From Candidatus Latescibacterota bacterium (lineage in GTDB: Bacteria; Latescibacterota; UBA2968), in the NCBI GenBank assembly GCA_965205975.1, contig OZ242195.1, forward strand, positions 4,384,001 to 4,448,000: a stretch of DNA of 64,000 nt, in the 5' to 3' direction. Within the stretch, counting starts at the first letter, position 1, and each line of letters begins with the position of its first letter. Position numbers and translations under genes: made by a program. This document shows positions 1 to 9,519 of the stretch, piece after piece. The notes beneath the pieces were generated by a model. It had not been told where the DNA came from and ran no database searches. It worked only from the letters and a program-made list of their open reading frames with translations.

Positions 1-1
1 A

Positions 2-790
2 CGGGATATTGCAGATGCGCGCGCCCGCCTTGAAGCCAATTGGCCCTCTGTTGCGCCGCTCCAGGTGGGTGAGTTTTGGGCTTTTACGCCTTATGCGTTT
101 TTGCATCGGGATCACATTAGCTGGTATCCCACGCTGGATCAAAAAAAAGCGGCCACTGCGATGTTGCCCTATATCGCACGAGACCGTTTCACACACCAGC
201 GGGTTGACAGCCGCCATCCGGTGGTTTTTACGTTTGTTCGTCGTCCAACCTATTACGCCGCTTTTAATACGGGGCCTGTGCTCAGTGCTCAACAACGGTA
301 TGGGCTGGGGTTGCTCTGGCATCCTCGCGCTGGTGCTGTTCTGCAGTCTCAAACGGATACAGACTATGCTGCCTGGGGGACGATTGCCAATAATACACTC
401 TGCGAAAAGGCCGATATTGCCGCTGTTTTCCGGATTGATGGGGATCCGCTAATACCGCGACCTGGCATACGAGATCTGCCCGATGGCGATCTCGAGATTA
501 CCTATCCCCTCGGCGAAGCTGGCAGTAAGACGATTCTCTTTGCTCGCAATGCAATCACGGTTTCTGTCAGCTATCCCGGTGCCTTTACCGAGGTTCTCCC
601 GCTTCTGAAAGGGGATATGGATACAATAAAGAACGGGTCGGTTCTCACGCGCGGTGATGTTTCTCTCTGTATTGAAACCGAAAACGCACTCACTTTTTCC
701 GAAACCGATCTCAAGTCCGGCGATCGCCAGGTCGTGACGGCTTGCATTGATGCTGAAAATACATTGACTTATCGCCTCGCGTTTCGGTGA
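2..790 (+). CDS. hypothetical protein, C-terminal part (5' end outside window)
   Basis: The frame of ORF 65..790 stays open back to the window edge (RDIADARARLEANWPSVAPLQVGEFWAF...); no family motif recognised. Confidence 0.7.
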   Translation, partial: RDIADARARLEANWPSVAPLQVGEFWAFTPYAFLHRDHISWYPTLDQKKAATAMLPYIARDRFTHQRVDSRHPVVFTFVRRPTYYAAFNTGPVLSAQQRYGLGLLWHPRAGAVLQSQTDTDYAAWGTIANNTLCEKADIAAVFRIDGDPLIPRPGIRDLPDGDLEITYPLGEAGSKTILFARNAITVSVSYPGAFTEVLPLLKGDMDTIKNGSVLTRGDVSLCIETENALTFSETDLKSGDRQVVTACIDAENTLTYRLAFR

Positions 791-826
791 ATGATTCGTT
801 GCAATCCAGTCGATCAGAAAAACATA

Positions 827-1207
827 TCAATAAATTTTTCTAAAAGAGCACTCATAAGGCTGAACCAAAATATCCGCCGAAATTCCAAGACCCTTATGCA
901 ACTTGCGAATCATGTTCAGTGACAGTGAGCATTTTCGATTCAAAACCTCTGACACACTGGTGCCTGAACCCAGATAGGGTTCAAGATCACGATGAGATAA
1001 ACCTTGACTCTCCAGGTGGTGAAGGATTGCCTCAATTGGATCCGGTGGCGGGATAGGGTAGTGCTTCTGTTCATAAACTTCAACGAGCGTGACCAAAACA
1101 TCGAGTTTATCACCTTCTGGCGAACCATAAGTTGCTCCCCAAAGCCGTTCGATCTCTCTCAAAGCGGCTTCATGGTCTGATTCGGTTTTGATGGGTTTAA
1201 TATCCAT
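827..1207 (-). CDS. higA: HigA-type HTH antitoxin / transcriptional regulator (orphan)
   Basis: MDIKPIKTESDHEAALREIERLW...EGDKLDVLVTLVEVYEQKHYPI..PDPIEAI...VSEVLNRK..LSLNMIRKLH is typical HigA. ATG at 1207 follows a GAGGTG RBS. Confidence 0.88.
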   Translation of the reverse strand: MDIKPIKTESDHEAALREIERLWGATYGSPEGDKLDVLVTLVEVYEQKHYPIPPPDPIEAILHHLESQGLSHRDLEPYLGSGTSVSEVLNRKCSLSLNMIRKLHKGLGISADILVQPYECSFRKIY

Positions 1208-1217
1208 GGTTATCACC

Positions 1218-1283
1218 TCATATCGTGGCTGTGTTGATTTTATTATATATCTGGTGTGTACCAACAAATCGAATTAAATACAG
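1218..1283 (-). pseudogene. higB: C-terminal remnant of HigB toxin
   Basis: Minus strand reads LYLIRFVGTHQIYNKINTATI*, matching the HigB C-terminal pattern IRFVGTHxxYDKIDxxTI, directly upstream of higA. In-frame stop at 1296-1298; the N-terminal part is missing. Confidence 0.75.
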
Positions 1284-1337
1284 AAATCGGGAACTTCACC
1301 CCAGATCTCGATCGCCTCACGGATTCTTTCTTTGACC

Positions 1338-2462
1338 TTACGCGCGGTGTTTGGCTACTACTGATTCGTCGAGTTCGATTCCCAGACCGGGTCTTGTTGG
1401 CGGGGTGATATAGCCGCTTTCAAATTGGATTGGTTCTACGAATATTTCGCTGTGGAGGTCGTTGGCGTTGAATTCCTGGATCAAGAAATTCGGCGAGCAG
1501 GTGTCGAGTTGCACTGCGGCGGCTGCTGCGACGGGACCGCAATACATGTGCGGTGCGATGAGGGCGTAGTGGGCTTCGGCCATGCTGGCGATTTTTTTGG
1601 ATTCCAATATTCCGCCACATTGTCCCACGTCTAATTGCAGGATCTGTGCGGCCTGTTTTTTAAGGAGTTCGGCAAATTCGTATTTGGTGACGAGTCGTTC
1701 GCCCGTGGCGATTGGGATGCTGGTGTGGGCGGCGACGCGGGCCATTTCGTCAATGTTTTCCGGGGGGACGGGTTCTTCAAACCAGAAGGGGCTGAATTCT
1801 TCCAGTTCTTTTGCCACGCGGATTGCGCCAGATGTGCTGAATTGTCCGTGGGTGCCGATGCCGATTTCCAATTCGTCGCCGACTGCATCCCGGATGCTTT
1901 TGAATATTTTGGCGACGTGGCGGATGGTTTTGAGTGGGAAGTCGCGCGGGTTGGGAAAGATGGGGTGGAAGGGGTCGAATTTGCAGGCGGTGTTTCCATC
2001 CGCGACCAGGCGGGTTGCGATCTCACCAGCGCGTTCTGGATTTTCCCAGATGCCGTCGGTCGGCATGTAGGCATAAGCCCTGAGTTTGTCGTGGACTCTG
2101 CCGCCGAGCAGATTGTAGATGGGCTGGTTCAGGGCTTTGCCGACGATGTCCCAACACGCCATTTCAATGGCGCTCAAGGCGGGTGTTGCGTCGAGGCCGG
2201 GGTGGCGATAGTCGTGCCGGGATGCAAAGATGCGCTGCCACAGGCTTTCGATGTCAAAGGGGCTTGTGCCGATGGCGAATTGCTGACAGAGGTTTTTGAT
2301 GAGGCTGATTTGGGATTCCAAATTGGTGGCATTTCCCGAGGGTCGCTCGCCTAATCCCACGATGCCTTCGTCGGTGATGAGCTGAATAAAGAGCCAGTAT
2401 CTTCCCCCGCGATAGGGCTGGATGTTTTTGATTACGATGGTTTCTACATCGGTGATTTTCAT
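1338..2462 (-). CDS. mandelate racemase/muconate lactonizing enzyme family (galactonate dehydratase-like)
   Basis: Enolase-superfamily motifs: TDEGIVGLGE, SAIEMACWDIVGKALNQPIYNLLGG, WFEEP, IPIATGERL, PGLGIELD. Confidence 0.9.
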   Translation of the reverse strand: MKITDVETIVIKNIQPYRGGRYWLFIQLITDEGIVGLGERPSGNATNLESQISLIKNLCQQFAIGTSPFDIESLWQRIFASRHDYRHPGLDATPALSAIEMACWDIVGKALNQPIYNLLGGRVHDKLRAYAYMPTDGIWENPERAGEIATRLVADGNTACKFDPFHPIFPNPRDFPLKTIRHVAKIFKSIRDAVGDELEIGIGTHGQFSTSGAIRVAKELEEFSPFWFEEPVPPENIDEMARVAAHTSIPIATGERLVTKYEFAELLKKQAAQILQLDVGQCGGILESKKIASMAEAHYALIAPHMYCGPVAAAAAVQLDTCSPNFLIQEFNANDLHSEIFVEPIQFESGYITPPTRPGLGIELDESVVAKHRA

Positions 2463-2534
2463 GGGTGATGTGCTCCTGTGCTGGTGTGTCTATCGTTCAC
2501 TCCGACTATCAGGTTCACGCTTTCTTTCCTTACG

Positions 2535-2837
2535 TCAGGTCTGCACAGTCTCGCGGTTCTTGAGTGTTGGTAGTGCTCTAATACCCTCGCCTATTTTTTT
2601 TTCAGCAATCCGCAACTCATAGAGCTTCTGCAAATTCAGCCAAAATTCTGCACTGGTGTCAAAAAAATGAGCCAATCTCAGGGCGGTATCGCCAGTGATT
2701 GCACGTCGCCCGTTGAGGATTTCGGTGATTCGGCTGGGGGACACCTCAATCTGTCGTGCGAGTGATGCTGCGCTCATGTCGAGTTCTTTCAACTCTTCGG
2801 CGAGGTGTTCCCCGGGATGAATTGCAGGTATGGTCAT
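2535..2837 (-). CDS. higA: HigA family addiction module antitoxin
   Basis: IHPGEHLAEEL...ITEILNGRRAITGDTALRLAHFFDTSAEFWLNLQ; ATG at 2837 after AGGAG. Confidence 0.93.
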   Translation of the reverse strand: MTIPAIHPGEHLAEELKELDMSAASLARQIEVSPSRITEILNGRRAITGDTALRLAHFFDTSAEFWLNLQKLYELRIAEKKIGEGIRALPTLKNRETVQT

Positions 2838-2848
2838 AACGGTTCTCC

Positions 2849-3133
2849 TTAGTGATAGTCCACGATTTCCACGTTCGTTGGTCCTGAGTGCTCTCGTCGC
2901 CACTCGAAACAGATCCGCCATTGGTCGTTGATGCGGATGCTGTACTGGCCTCTTCGATTCCCTTTCAAGGCTTCAAAATGGTTGCCCGGTAATGCAGCCA
3001 GATCCCTGATTGAAGAGGCAGCCTCCAGGCGGTCAAGCTTCAGCCGTGCGGCGCGTTCGATGCCGGAGAAGGCCCTGACCCACTTTCCGGAAGCGAAATC
3101 CCTGGTTCGCTTGTCGCGATAGCTAACGATCAT
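2849..3133 (-). CDS. higB: HigB (RelE/ParE family) toxin
   Basis: MIVSYRDKRT...LPGNHFEALKGNRRGQYSIRINDQWRICFEW...VEIVDYH; toxin-before-antitoxin order. Confidence 0.93.
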   Translation of the reverse strand: MIVSYRDKRTRDFASGKWVRAFSGIERAARLKLDRLEAASSIRDLAALPGNHFEALKGNRRGQYSIRINDQWRICFEWRREHSGPTNVEIVDYH

Positions 3134-3989
3134 TCCCTATCCGAATTAAAGCCGTCTCTGCCCTGGTGACAATCTGCATGTATTCCCTATAGTCTGGGTC
3201 GGATCTGAGTTGATGGTGTTGAGGCTTGTTTGCATGACAGCCGATACACAAGGCAAGAAAATTTTTTTCGTTGCTGTCGTTCTTTTGACCATTAATGTGG
3301 TGGACGTGCAGAAATTTTCTCTCATCTTTAAGATTAACGCCGCACTCTTCACATTTCCAGTTCCGCTTTTCTTTGTATCTGTAAGAAATTTGCTCCCAGT
3401 TCGGCGGATAAGTATTTACTGGGGCTGTAATGTCAGTATGCGTTGGCTCTCTCGTTATTTGAGAATCATATTTTTCAAAAAACGCTCTCAAGTTGAAATG
3501 ATCCCTGATTGCATTCCGTCCCGAGTATCCGTGCCTACGGTAACCGTTGTAATTTAGTCGGTCTAAGCAATTCTTACAGACATATAACCTACACTCGATT
3601 TCTTGCTTTTTATCACGAAGAAAATTGACAATAAATTTTCCATCCCTTCGGTATGTGACCACGTATCTGTCGTACCTATTTAATTTTCTCATTTCCTGTA
3701 GAGCAACACAGTCGGCAACATGAAATTTAGGTAACTCTTCGCGAGTAGCATCACTTGGCACATATTGGTCTCGGATATAAACGACGAGCTTTTGTCCTCC
3801 GTATTCAAGTGTGCCATCATCAGCATATTCAATTTTATCAGGTGTGATCTCTATCCCTGTTGTAACTAAAACTTTATCGATATTTATAGAATTCCACTCT
3901 TCTCCTGAATTCCATGAGATCAGTTCAGTGCCCATATTTTGTCGAAGTTGATTCAATCCAACATGTTTTGAAAAATCTGGCAGGTTCAT
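3123..3989 (-). CDS. zorE: Zorya type II HNH endonuclease ZorE
   Basis: HNH core CEECGV..LHVHHINGQKND.NE.NF.ALCIGCH plus N-terminal YIRD, KFHVADC and VCKNCLDRLNY motifs that I recall from ZorE; directly downstream of zorAB. Confidence 0.85.
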   Translation of the reverse strand: MNLPDFSKHVGLNQLRQNMGTELISWNSGEEWNSINIDKVLVTTGIEITPDKIEYADDGTLEYGGQKLVVYIRDQYVPSDATREELPKFHVADCVALQEMRKLNRYDRYVVTYRRDGKFIVNFLRDKKQEIECRLYVCKNCLDRLNYNGYRRHGYSGRNAIRDHFNLRAFFEKYDSQITREPTHTDITAPVNTYPPNWEQISYRYKEKRNWKCEECGVNLKDERKFLHVHHINGQKNDSNEKNFLALCIGCHANKPQHHQLRSDPDYREYMQIVTRAETALIRIGNDR

Positions 3990-4714
3990 TCTTTTTCATC
4001 TCGCTTTATAATTTCAACAATCCGTTTCTCAGCATTCGTCCGCACTCTAAACTCCACTCGTCTTGATTCTTCTTTATTTTCTGTGCCATCAGGATAAGAA
4101 ATCACCTTGCTTGAAGATAACCCATTGGCGGTCAAGTACTGTTTCAGCCAATACCTGATCTCCTGATTTCCGCTGAGTTCGGGGAGAAGTACATATTGAA
4201 GTACACGTCTTGTTCTGTCCTGTGATAGCTCCATGTTACGGATATAGGCTTCTTCAGGACTCTCACCTGCTTGCCACTCACTTGAGGTGTGTCCTTCAAT
4301 CCGAATTTCTGCGATATCGTTGATATAATCAGATTGCCTCAAAACTTTAATATAACGGGGAAAAAAGTCCTTCAAGATGTTTTTGAAGGCGGGACGAACC
4401 TCTGCTTCCCCTTGTGCAAATAACACTTCAGGCTCTTTGAACCGGACAGAGAGAGTTTGTCTATCCAAGACAGCGTTCCATTTATTCAGGTCTTTTTCAA
4501 ACTCTTTCTCAAGGTCGGCATATAGGTCGGACTGCAATTTCTCATATGTGACAGCAATTTTCTCAATTTTTTCTTTTTCTGCTTGAACATGTAGCATGTA
4601 ACTGATGGCTATAAATAGGAAGATTACCATCAATCCAGCCATCATATCAGAAATAGAGATCCAATGTTCTTCCGTATCTTGCTCTCTATTTGTCAGAATT
4701 TCTTCGCTCATCAT
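3986..4714 (-). CDS. zorB: Zorya protein ZorB (MotB/OmpA-like)
   Basis: TM helix WISISDMMAGLMVIFLFI with the conserved Asp; OmpA-like domain IRIEGHTS, NMELSQDR, SRRVEFR. Confidence 0.9.
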   Translation of the reverse strand: MMSEEILTNREQDTEEHWISISDMMAGLMVIFLFIAISYMLHVQAEKEKIEKIAVTYEKLQSDLYADLEKEFEKDLNKWNAVLDRQTLSVRFKEPEVLFAQGEAEVRPAFKNILKDFFPRYIKVLRQSDYINDIAEIRIEGHTSSEWQAGESPEEAYIRNMELSQDRTRRVLQYVLLPELSGNQEIRYWLKQYLTANGLSSSKVISYPDGTENKEESRRVEFRVRTNAEKRIVEIIKRDEKE

Positions 4715-4720
4715 CCTGTC

Positions 4721-6031
4721 CTATGGGCGTCGTGAGTAACGACCTGTTTGTTGTAAACCATCTGCTATTCGTACTACGTTGCGAAGCTGATCCGTTAGGG
4801 GCTGGTAGTCATCAACAAATCGTCTTGATAGACTGGCAAGTTGACTTCCCAATGATTCAATGGATTTTGTGAGTTCTTCCTGAAGTGCTCTATCCAGGAG
4901 TTGGATTTGCTGGGTCACATTGGCTGTGCTTTCGCGGAAAATGCGCTCCGTTTCGGTATTGAGTCGCCTATTTGTGTCTGTCACCATCGTCTCAAGTTGT
5001 TGGGCTTGATTGGTCAAGGCTTCCCTTTGTCTTTCCATAGAAACCTGCGAATTATCAATGTTTTCCGCTACCACTTGTGTAAAGTCATCGGTTAATTGGT
5101 TCAGCCGATTCTCAATGATTGGAAATGCGTTACTCGCATTATCAGCTAACGCACTAAACGCCTCGAGACGATCATTCATCAGTTGTATCTGCTGTTGTAT
5201 TGCTTGAAGTATGGGATCAAGTTTTTCCGCGTTTGAAACAATGACGTCACTTCTTTCAGCAATACTCTCCAGCGATTGCCGCGATTTTTCGATGCTTTCT
5301 GCCGCAATCCGAAATTCCACAGCCAGTTCGTCCATCTGTTGACGGTATTGTTCTTGCCAGTCATTGATTCTTCCGACCGCTTCATTGAGTTGCTTAAAGT
5401 TATCTCCAAATTGTTCATTGATTTTTGTGTTAAAGTCCCGCATGACGGATTCAAGTGCTTCAATTAGTGCCTTTGTATTGTTATCAGCCATCTGAGTCGC
5501 AAATTCTTTGAAGGCCTGAAGTAAATCGTCTTGCTTGTCTGAGAAGGTGGTTCTCAACTTCTGCAACTGAGTCAAAACGGTGCTTTCACCATCTCCCGTC
5601 AATGCTTTTTCAATAGCGCGGAGGGTTTCTCTGGTTTCGTCTCCTTCTGCTTGATGTATTTTGTGAATTTCCTTTAGGATATTTGCAAGGTCATCAATGG
5701 TTGCGCCTGTATAGGTCTCCTCTGAAGCTGCTTGTTTTTTCAGCTTGTTTAGAGATGATAATTTAAGACAAATCGAGCCTGCAATTCCTATAATGGAAGT
5801 TAAAAAGGCAAATTTCAGGCCTTCCAACAACAGGGGAACACTGGCTTCAATGTTCTGTGTGTCAAAATTTAAAAGTCCCCAGGCAATACCAGCAAATGTT
5901 CCAAGTACCCCGATGACGGTCACAATTGAGGCAATAGTATTGACTTGTTGATGCCGAATTTTCCAGAACCACAAGACTGCCACTAACATAAAAATCGCAA
6001 AAAATGCCCAAACCCCCCATAACATGTCCAT
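4721..6031 (-). CDS. zorA: Zorya protein ZorA (MotA/TolQ/ExbB-like with long helical tail)
   Basis: TVIGVLGTFAGIAWGL...LLEGLKFAFLTSIIG membrane motif followed by about 300 aa of helical/coiled-coil tail; upstream of zorB. Confidence 0.88.
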   Translation of the reverse strand: MDMLWGVWAFFAIFMLVAVLWFWKIRHQQVNTIASIVTVIGVLGTFAGIAWGLLNFDTQNIEASVPLLLEGLKFAFLTSIIGIAGSICLKLSSLNKLKKQAASEETYTGATIDDLANILKEIHKIHQAEGDETRETLRAIEKALTGDGESTVLTQLQKLRTTFSDKQDDLLQAFKEFATQMADNNTKALIEALESVMRDFNTKINEQFGDNFKQLNEAVGRINDWQEQYRQQMDELAVEFRIAAESIEKSRQSLESIAERSDVIVSNAEKLDPILQAIQQQIQLMNDRLEAFSALADNASNAFPIIENRLNQLTDDFTQVVAENIDNSQVSMERQREALTNQAQQLETMVTDTNRRLNTETERIFRESTANVTQQIQLLDRALQEELTKSIESLGSQLASLSRRFVDDYQPLTDQLRNVVRIADGLQQTGRYSRRP

Positions 6032-6079
6032 GTAGATAATTCCTCCGTTTTGATCTATGCTTTGCCCTGATTAGCCAAG

Positions 6080-6505
6080 CTATAACGCGACTGTCGTATT
6101 CTCATGCCGTTCTCTATTCTCAAATCTCGATCTCATCCGAAAGCTCTTGAGGCGTACGGCAGACAGTCGTTTTAGTCGCTGATTGAGCGGATCAACTTCA
6201 ATGCCTACGGATTCCAGGGCGGTTACCCCGAGCAGCGGTTCGGCATTTGCTTCCCCAAATACAATGGTTCCGCCGACGATCTCACCCATAAATTCGATGT
6301 CTGCGGTCGTAATATCCATTCTGATCTCACTACCGTCGGCCAGTTCATACACTCGCTGACCTTTGGGAATGAGACCGATAGATTCCAGATGTGGTCTCGG
6401 TACGAGACAATCAGTCGCTCTCGTGTCAACCAGAAAGAGGCCTTCCCAGGTTTTGTGCGGTTCAGCCGGATTTCGAATTGTAACGGTTACCTGCGTGGCT
6501 CCCAT
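6080..6505 (-). CDS. clan AA aspartic protease-like protein (catalytic motif altered to DTRA)
   Basis: LVDTRAT...YELADG...PLLGVTALESVGIEVDP.NQRL fits the AF_0612-like retropepsin family. Confidence 0.8.
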   Translation of the reverse strand: MGATQVTVTIRNPAEPHKTWEGLFLVDTRATDCLVPRPHLESIGLIPKGQRVYELADGSEIRMDITTADIEFMGEIVGGTIVFGEANAEPLLGVTALESVGIEVDPLNQRLKRLSAVRLKSFRMRSRFENRERHENTTVAL

Positions 6506-6583
6506 TTTGATCTCCTTTCTCTAAAAGAGATAAGTTGTCCACTAAAACGAGTCAAGTCCAGTCAATAATTCCCCCGTTTTAAT

Positions 6584-7555
6584 TTATATCTCGTTATCAG
6601 CAGTTAATGTCTCTTCAATCACGCGGCATTGCCAGAATGCCCTGTTGCTCCATCCGAATCGCCACGGGTGCGATGTTGTAAATCGCTGGGGCAAGGCTTC
6701 GTATAGCAGGGCAAATGTTTGTACGGTGGCCGCGAATTGATGGGTGTCCTGCTTGTCGCGTTCTGCGTGCGCTTTGTAATAGGGGATGAGCGCATCTGCT
6801 GTGCGGTGTAGCGCGGCGTTTGCATCTGTCTCGCGCCACCTGGTGGCTTTTGGCAGTCGTGATAGCAGATAGACCGCGTCCATGGTTGAAAAGTTGGGGC
6901 GTCCGTGCCAGAAGCCGTTTTTCTCCTGGAGATTTAGCATGGCATCTATAATTTTCTCAGCCTGCGGCGGGAGTTTGTCCATTCCCGTGTAGATCAGGCT
7001 GTAGGCAAATGTGCGGCTGATGTTGGTGGGGCCTTCAGCGGGCCAGGTTCCCAGCGCGGGGTGCTGTTGTGCGGCGAGTTGGGCGAAGAAAGTGTTGATC
7101 CAGGCGGGGTCTGGATGGCTGACGAGCATGGGGACACGCGCGAGTACTTCGTGATGGGTGTCGCCGGAGGCTTTCCACGTTTTGAACCATTGGCGAAGTT
7201 CAGCGACGGTTGTTGCGTTGCGCTGGTCGTCGGGGAATTTCAGGACCTGAGCACCCAGTATGTTGAGTGCGCGAACTGCGTTCCAAAATGCGATCCCCCG
7301 TCTGCCCGAGGGCGGGAAGGCAAAGGATCCGTCCTGCTCGCTCTGTTGTGATTGGATCCAGGCGACCCATTTTGCGCGGTCAAGCGCGACTGCGTCGAGC
7401 GCGTTCATGCTGTACAGGATATAGGTGATGAAGAGGGTGCTCGGAAGGCTGGGCGCGGGTGTGTCGCCATTGCGAAAGGCGCCGGTGTCCGGGAGGTAGA
7501 GGGATTCCGCCCAGGCGATCAAATCGTCGTGGATGGGGTTGAGGGAGATTGTCAT
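6584..7555 (-). CDS. hypothetical protein, prenyltransferase/terpene-cyclase-like alpha/alpha barrel repeats
   Basis: Repeated QW-like motifs WIQSQQSEQDGSF, AQQHPALGTW, NLQEKNGFW. Confidence 0.55.
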   Translation of the reverse strand: MTISLNPIHDDLIAWAESLYLPDTGAFRNGDTPAPSLPSTLFITYILYSMNALDAVALDRAKWVAWIQSQQSEQDGSFAFPPSGRRGIAFWNAVRALNILGAQVLKFPDDQRNATTVAELRQWFKTWKASGDTHHEVLARVPMLVSHPDPAWINTFFAQLAAQQHPALGTWPAEGPTNISRTFAYSLIYTGMDKLPPQAEKIIDAMLNLQEKNGFWHGRPNFSTMDAVYLLSRLPKATRWRETDANAALHRTADALIPYYKAHAERDKQDTHQFAATVQTFALLYEALPQRFTTSHPWRFGWSNRAFWQCRVIEETLTADNEI

Positions 7556-7566
7556 GCGGTTCTCAT

Positions 7567-9495
7567 TTATGCCAGGGCCGCCTGGAGTCCGGGGACCTGG
7601 TCCGCGCCCTCTGGCACCTGAATTTTCGATCCTTGAAAGTCTTCTCCGACCGGTTCAAACCGTCCGCCCAGGTGCTCGGATAAGAACGCCTCGGCGACGG
7701 CGTAAAACGACAAGCGGTTTTCCGGTCGTGCGAATCCATGCCCTTCATCTGGGTAAAGCACGTAGGTCACGGGGATGTTTTTTTGGTTCATCGCCTCGAC
7801 GATTTGATCGGATTCGACTTGTTTGACGCGCGGGTCGTTGGCACCCTGGCCGATCAGCAGCGGCCGCTGGATCTGATCTACACGCGCGAGCGGTGATTTG
7901 GCCAGTAAGGATTCCTGCCCCTCCTCTGTCGTCCAGTCACCTACGCGGTCTTTCATCATTGGGAGGATTGGGATCCAATAAGGCGGCACGTTTTGTAGCA
8001 AGGTGACGAGGTTGCTCGGGCCGACAATATCGACGCCGCAGACGAATGTCTCGGGGGTGAAGGTCAATCCGACCAGGGTCGCGTATCCGCCGTAGCTGCC
8101 GCCCATTATCGCCACCTGGTCGCGCTGCGTGATCTTTTCGCTGATCGTCCAGTTGACAGCGTCAATCAGGTCGTCGTGCATTTTGCCGGCCCACTCGCCA
8201 TTGCCGGCGTTGGTGAATTCTTTGCCGAAGCCGGTCGAGCCGCGGAAGTTGACGCTCAGTACGGCGTAACCGCGGTTCGACAGCCATTGATGCTGCGGAT
8301 CGTAGCCCCAGATGTCGCGCCCCCAGGGACCTCCGTGAACCAGTAAAACCAACGGGACCGGATTGCTTGGCCGAGCATCGCCATCGGGAGTGCTATCGGG
8401 GGGGAGCGTTAGATAGCTGATCAGGTTCCACCCGTCGCGGGATTTGATGGTCAGCGAATGCATCCTGGCCAGTTGGTACTCGTCCAGGTCCGTGCGGTTG
8501 CTGAACAGGTAATTCGCCTGCTTCCTGGTGCGGTCGTACAGGTAGTATTTGACTGGTCCGTTGTCCAGGACGTAGGCCGCCGTCCACAAGCGGTCGTCGA
8601 GCGTGCGGCTGGTGATGGACAATTCGCCGTCTTCCACCGAGTGCAAGTAATCCATGTCCTCTTGAATCGCCGAATCCAGCACATGCCAGCGGTTGCGGTC
8701 GTAAATGAACGATACGGCTTGTACGTGTTTCTCTGTTGGATGAACCAGCATCCCGCCCACATCCGCGCGGTCGTCCTCGGCTACCAGTTCTTGTTTGCCA
8801 GACGCCAGGTCGAGGGTGAACAAGGCGGCGGTGTTTCGCTTGCGGCTGTCGATCATATAGAGGCGTTGGTTTGATTTGTCGAAGCCGGTCAGATAGGTCG
8901 TCAGGGCGTCGGTGTTGGGAACCTCTATGAAGGGTTGCCACTGGTTGTTCTCGTCCCGTTGGAGGATCTCCTGTCCCCCGGTCGGCGAAAATGTCATGGC
9001 AAAACGCGTGTGATCGTCGTTGTCGAACAGGTAAGAGACAAAGCCCGGATTCTCTTCTACCAGGGTCCGCTCGCCGGTGGAAAGCGCGATTCGATAGACG
9101 TCGTGTAGCTGCGGATTGCGGTTGTTGATGCCGATCAGAATCTCGTTGGGTGTCTTTTCATTGATCGAGAGAATCTGCGCGTTGACTTTTTCAAAGGGCG
9201 TCAGGTCTCGGGTCTCGCCCGTGGCGATATTCGTCGCGTACACGTGCCAGTCTTCGTCGCCTTTGGCATCCTGGTAGTACAGGATGTGCTGCCCATCATA
9301 GGTCCAGTTGTAGAGGCGGATGCCGCGTTCCTCGTCTTTGGTGATCGGTCTGGCTGAGTCGGGATCTTCTACTGCGGCGACCCAGACGTTCAAAACGCCA
9401 TCCACTGGCGCGAGGTAGCTCAGGTACTCGCCATCGGGACTGATTCGGGCCATGGATTTTTCTGGATTGCCGAATAGCACTTGTCGGGGAATCAA
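7567..9495 (-). CDS. S9 family peptidase (dipeptidyl aminopeptidase/acylaminoacyl peptidase)
   Basis: N-terminal propeller; VHGGPW, GGSYGGY, QGANDPRV, YPDEGHGF catalytic motifs; TTG start after AAGGAG. Confidence 0.93.
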   Translation of the reverse strand: MIPRQVLFGNPEKSMARISPDGEYLSYLAPVDGVLNVWVAAVEDPDSARPITKDEERGIRLYNWTYDGQHILYYQDAKGDEDWHVYATNIATGETRDLTPFEKVNAQILSINEKTPNEILIGINNRNPQLHDVYRIALSTGERTLVEENPGFVSYLFDNDDHTRFAMTFSPTGGQEILQRDENNQWQPFIEVPNTDALTTYLTGFDKSNQRLYMIDSRKRNTAALFTLDLASGKQELVAEDDRADVGGMLVHPTEKHVQAVSFIYDRNRWHVLDSAIQEDMDYLHSVEDGELSITSRTLDDRLWTAAYVLDNGPVKYYLYDRTRKQANYLFSNRTDLDEYQLARMHSLTIKSRDGWNLISYLTLPPDSTPDGDARPSNPVPLVLLVHGGPWGRDIWGYDPQHQWLSNRGYAVLSVNFRGSTGFGKEFTNAGNGEWAGKMHDDLIDAVNWTISEKITQRDQVAIMGGSYGGYATLVGLTFTPETFVCGVDIVGPSNLVTLLQNVPPYWIPILPMMKDRVGDWTTEEGQESLLAKSPLARVDQIQRPLLIGQGANDPRVKQVESDQIVEAMNQKNIPVTYVLYPDEGHGFARPENRLSFYAVAEAFLSEHLGGRFEPVGEDFQGSKIQVPEGADQVPGLQAALA

Positions 9496-9519
9496 TTTGG
9501 TATCTCCTTTTAGTTTTGC

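Noticed and set aside
3986..6031. Flagellar motAB or exbBD
   Set aside because: The long helical tail on the MotA-like protein, the adjacent HNH gene and the lack of flagellar or tonB context indicate Zorya.
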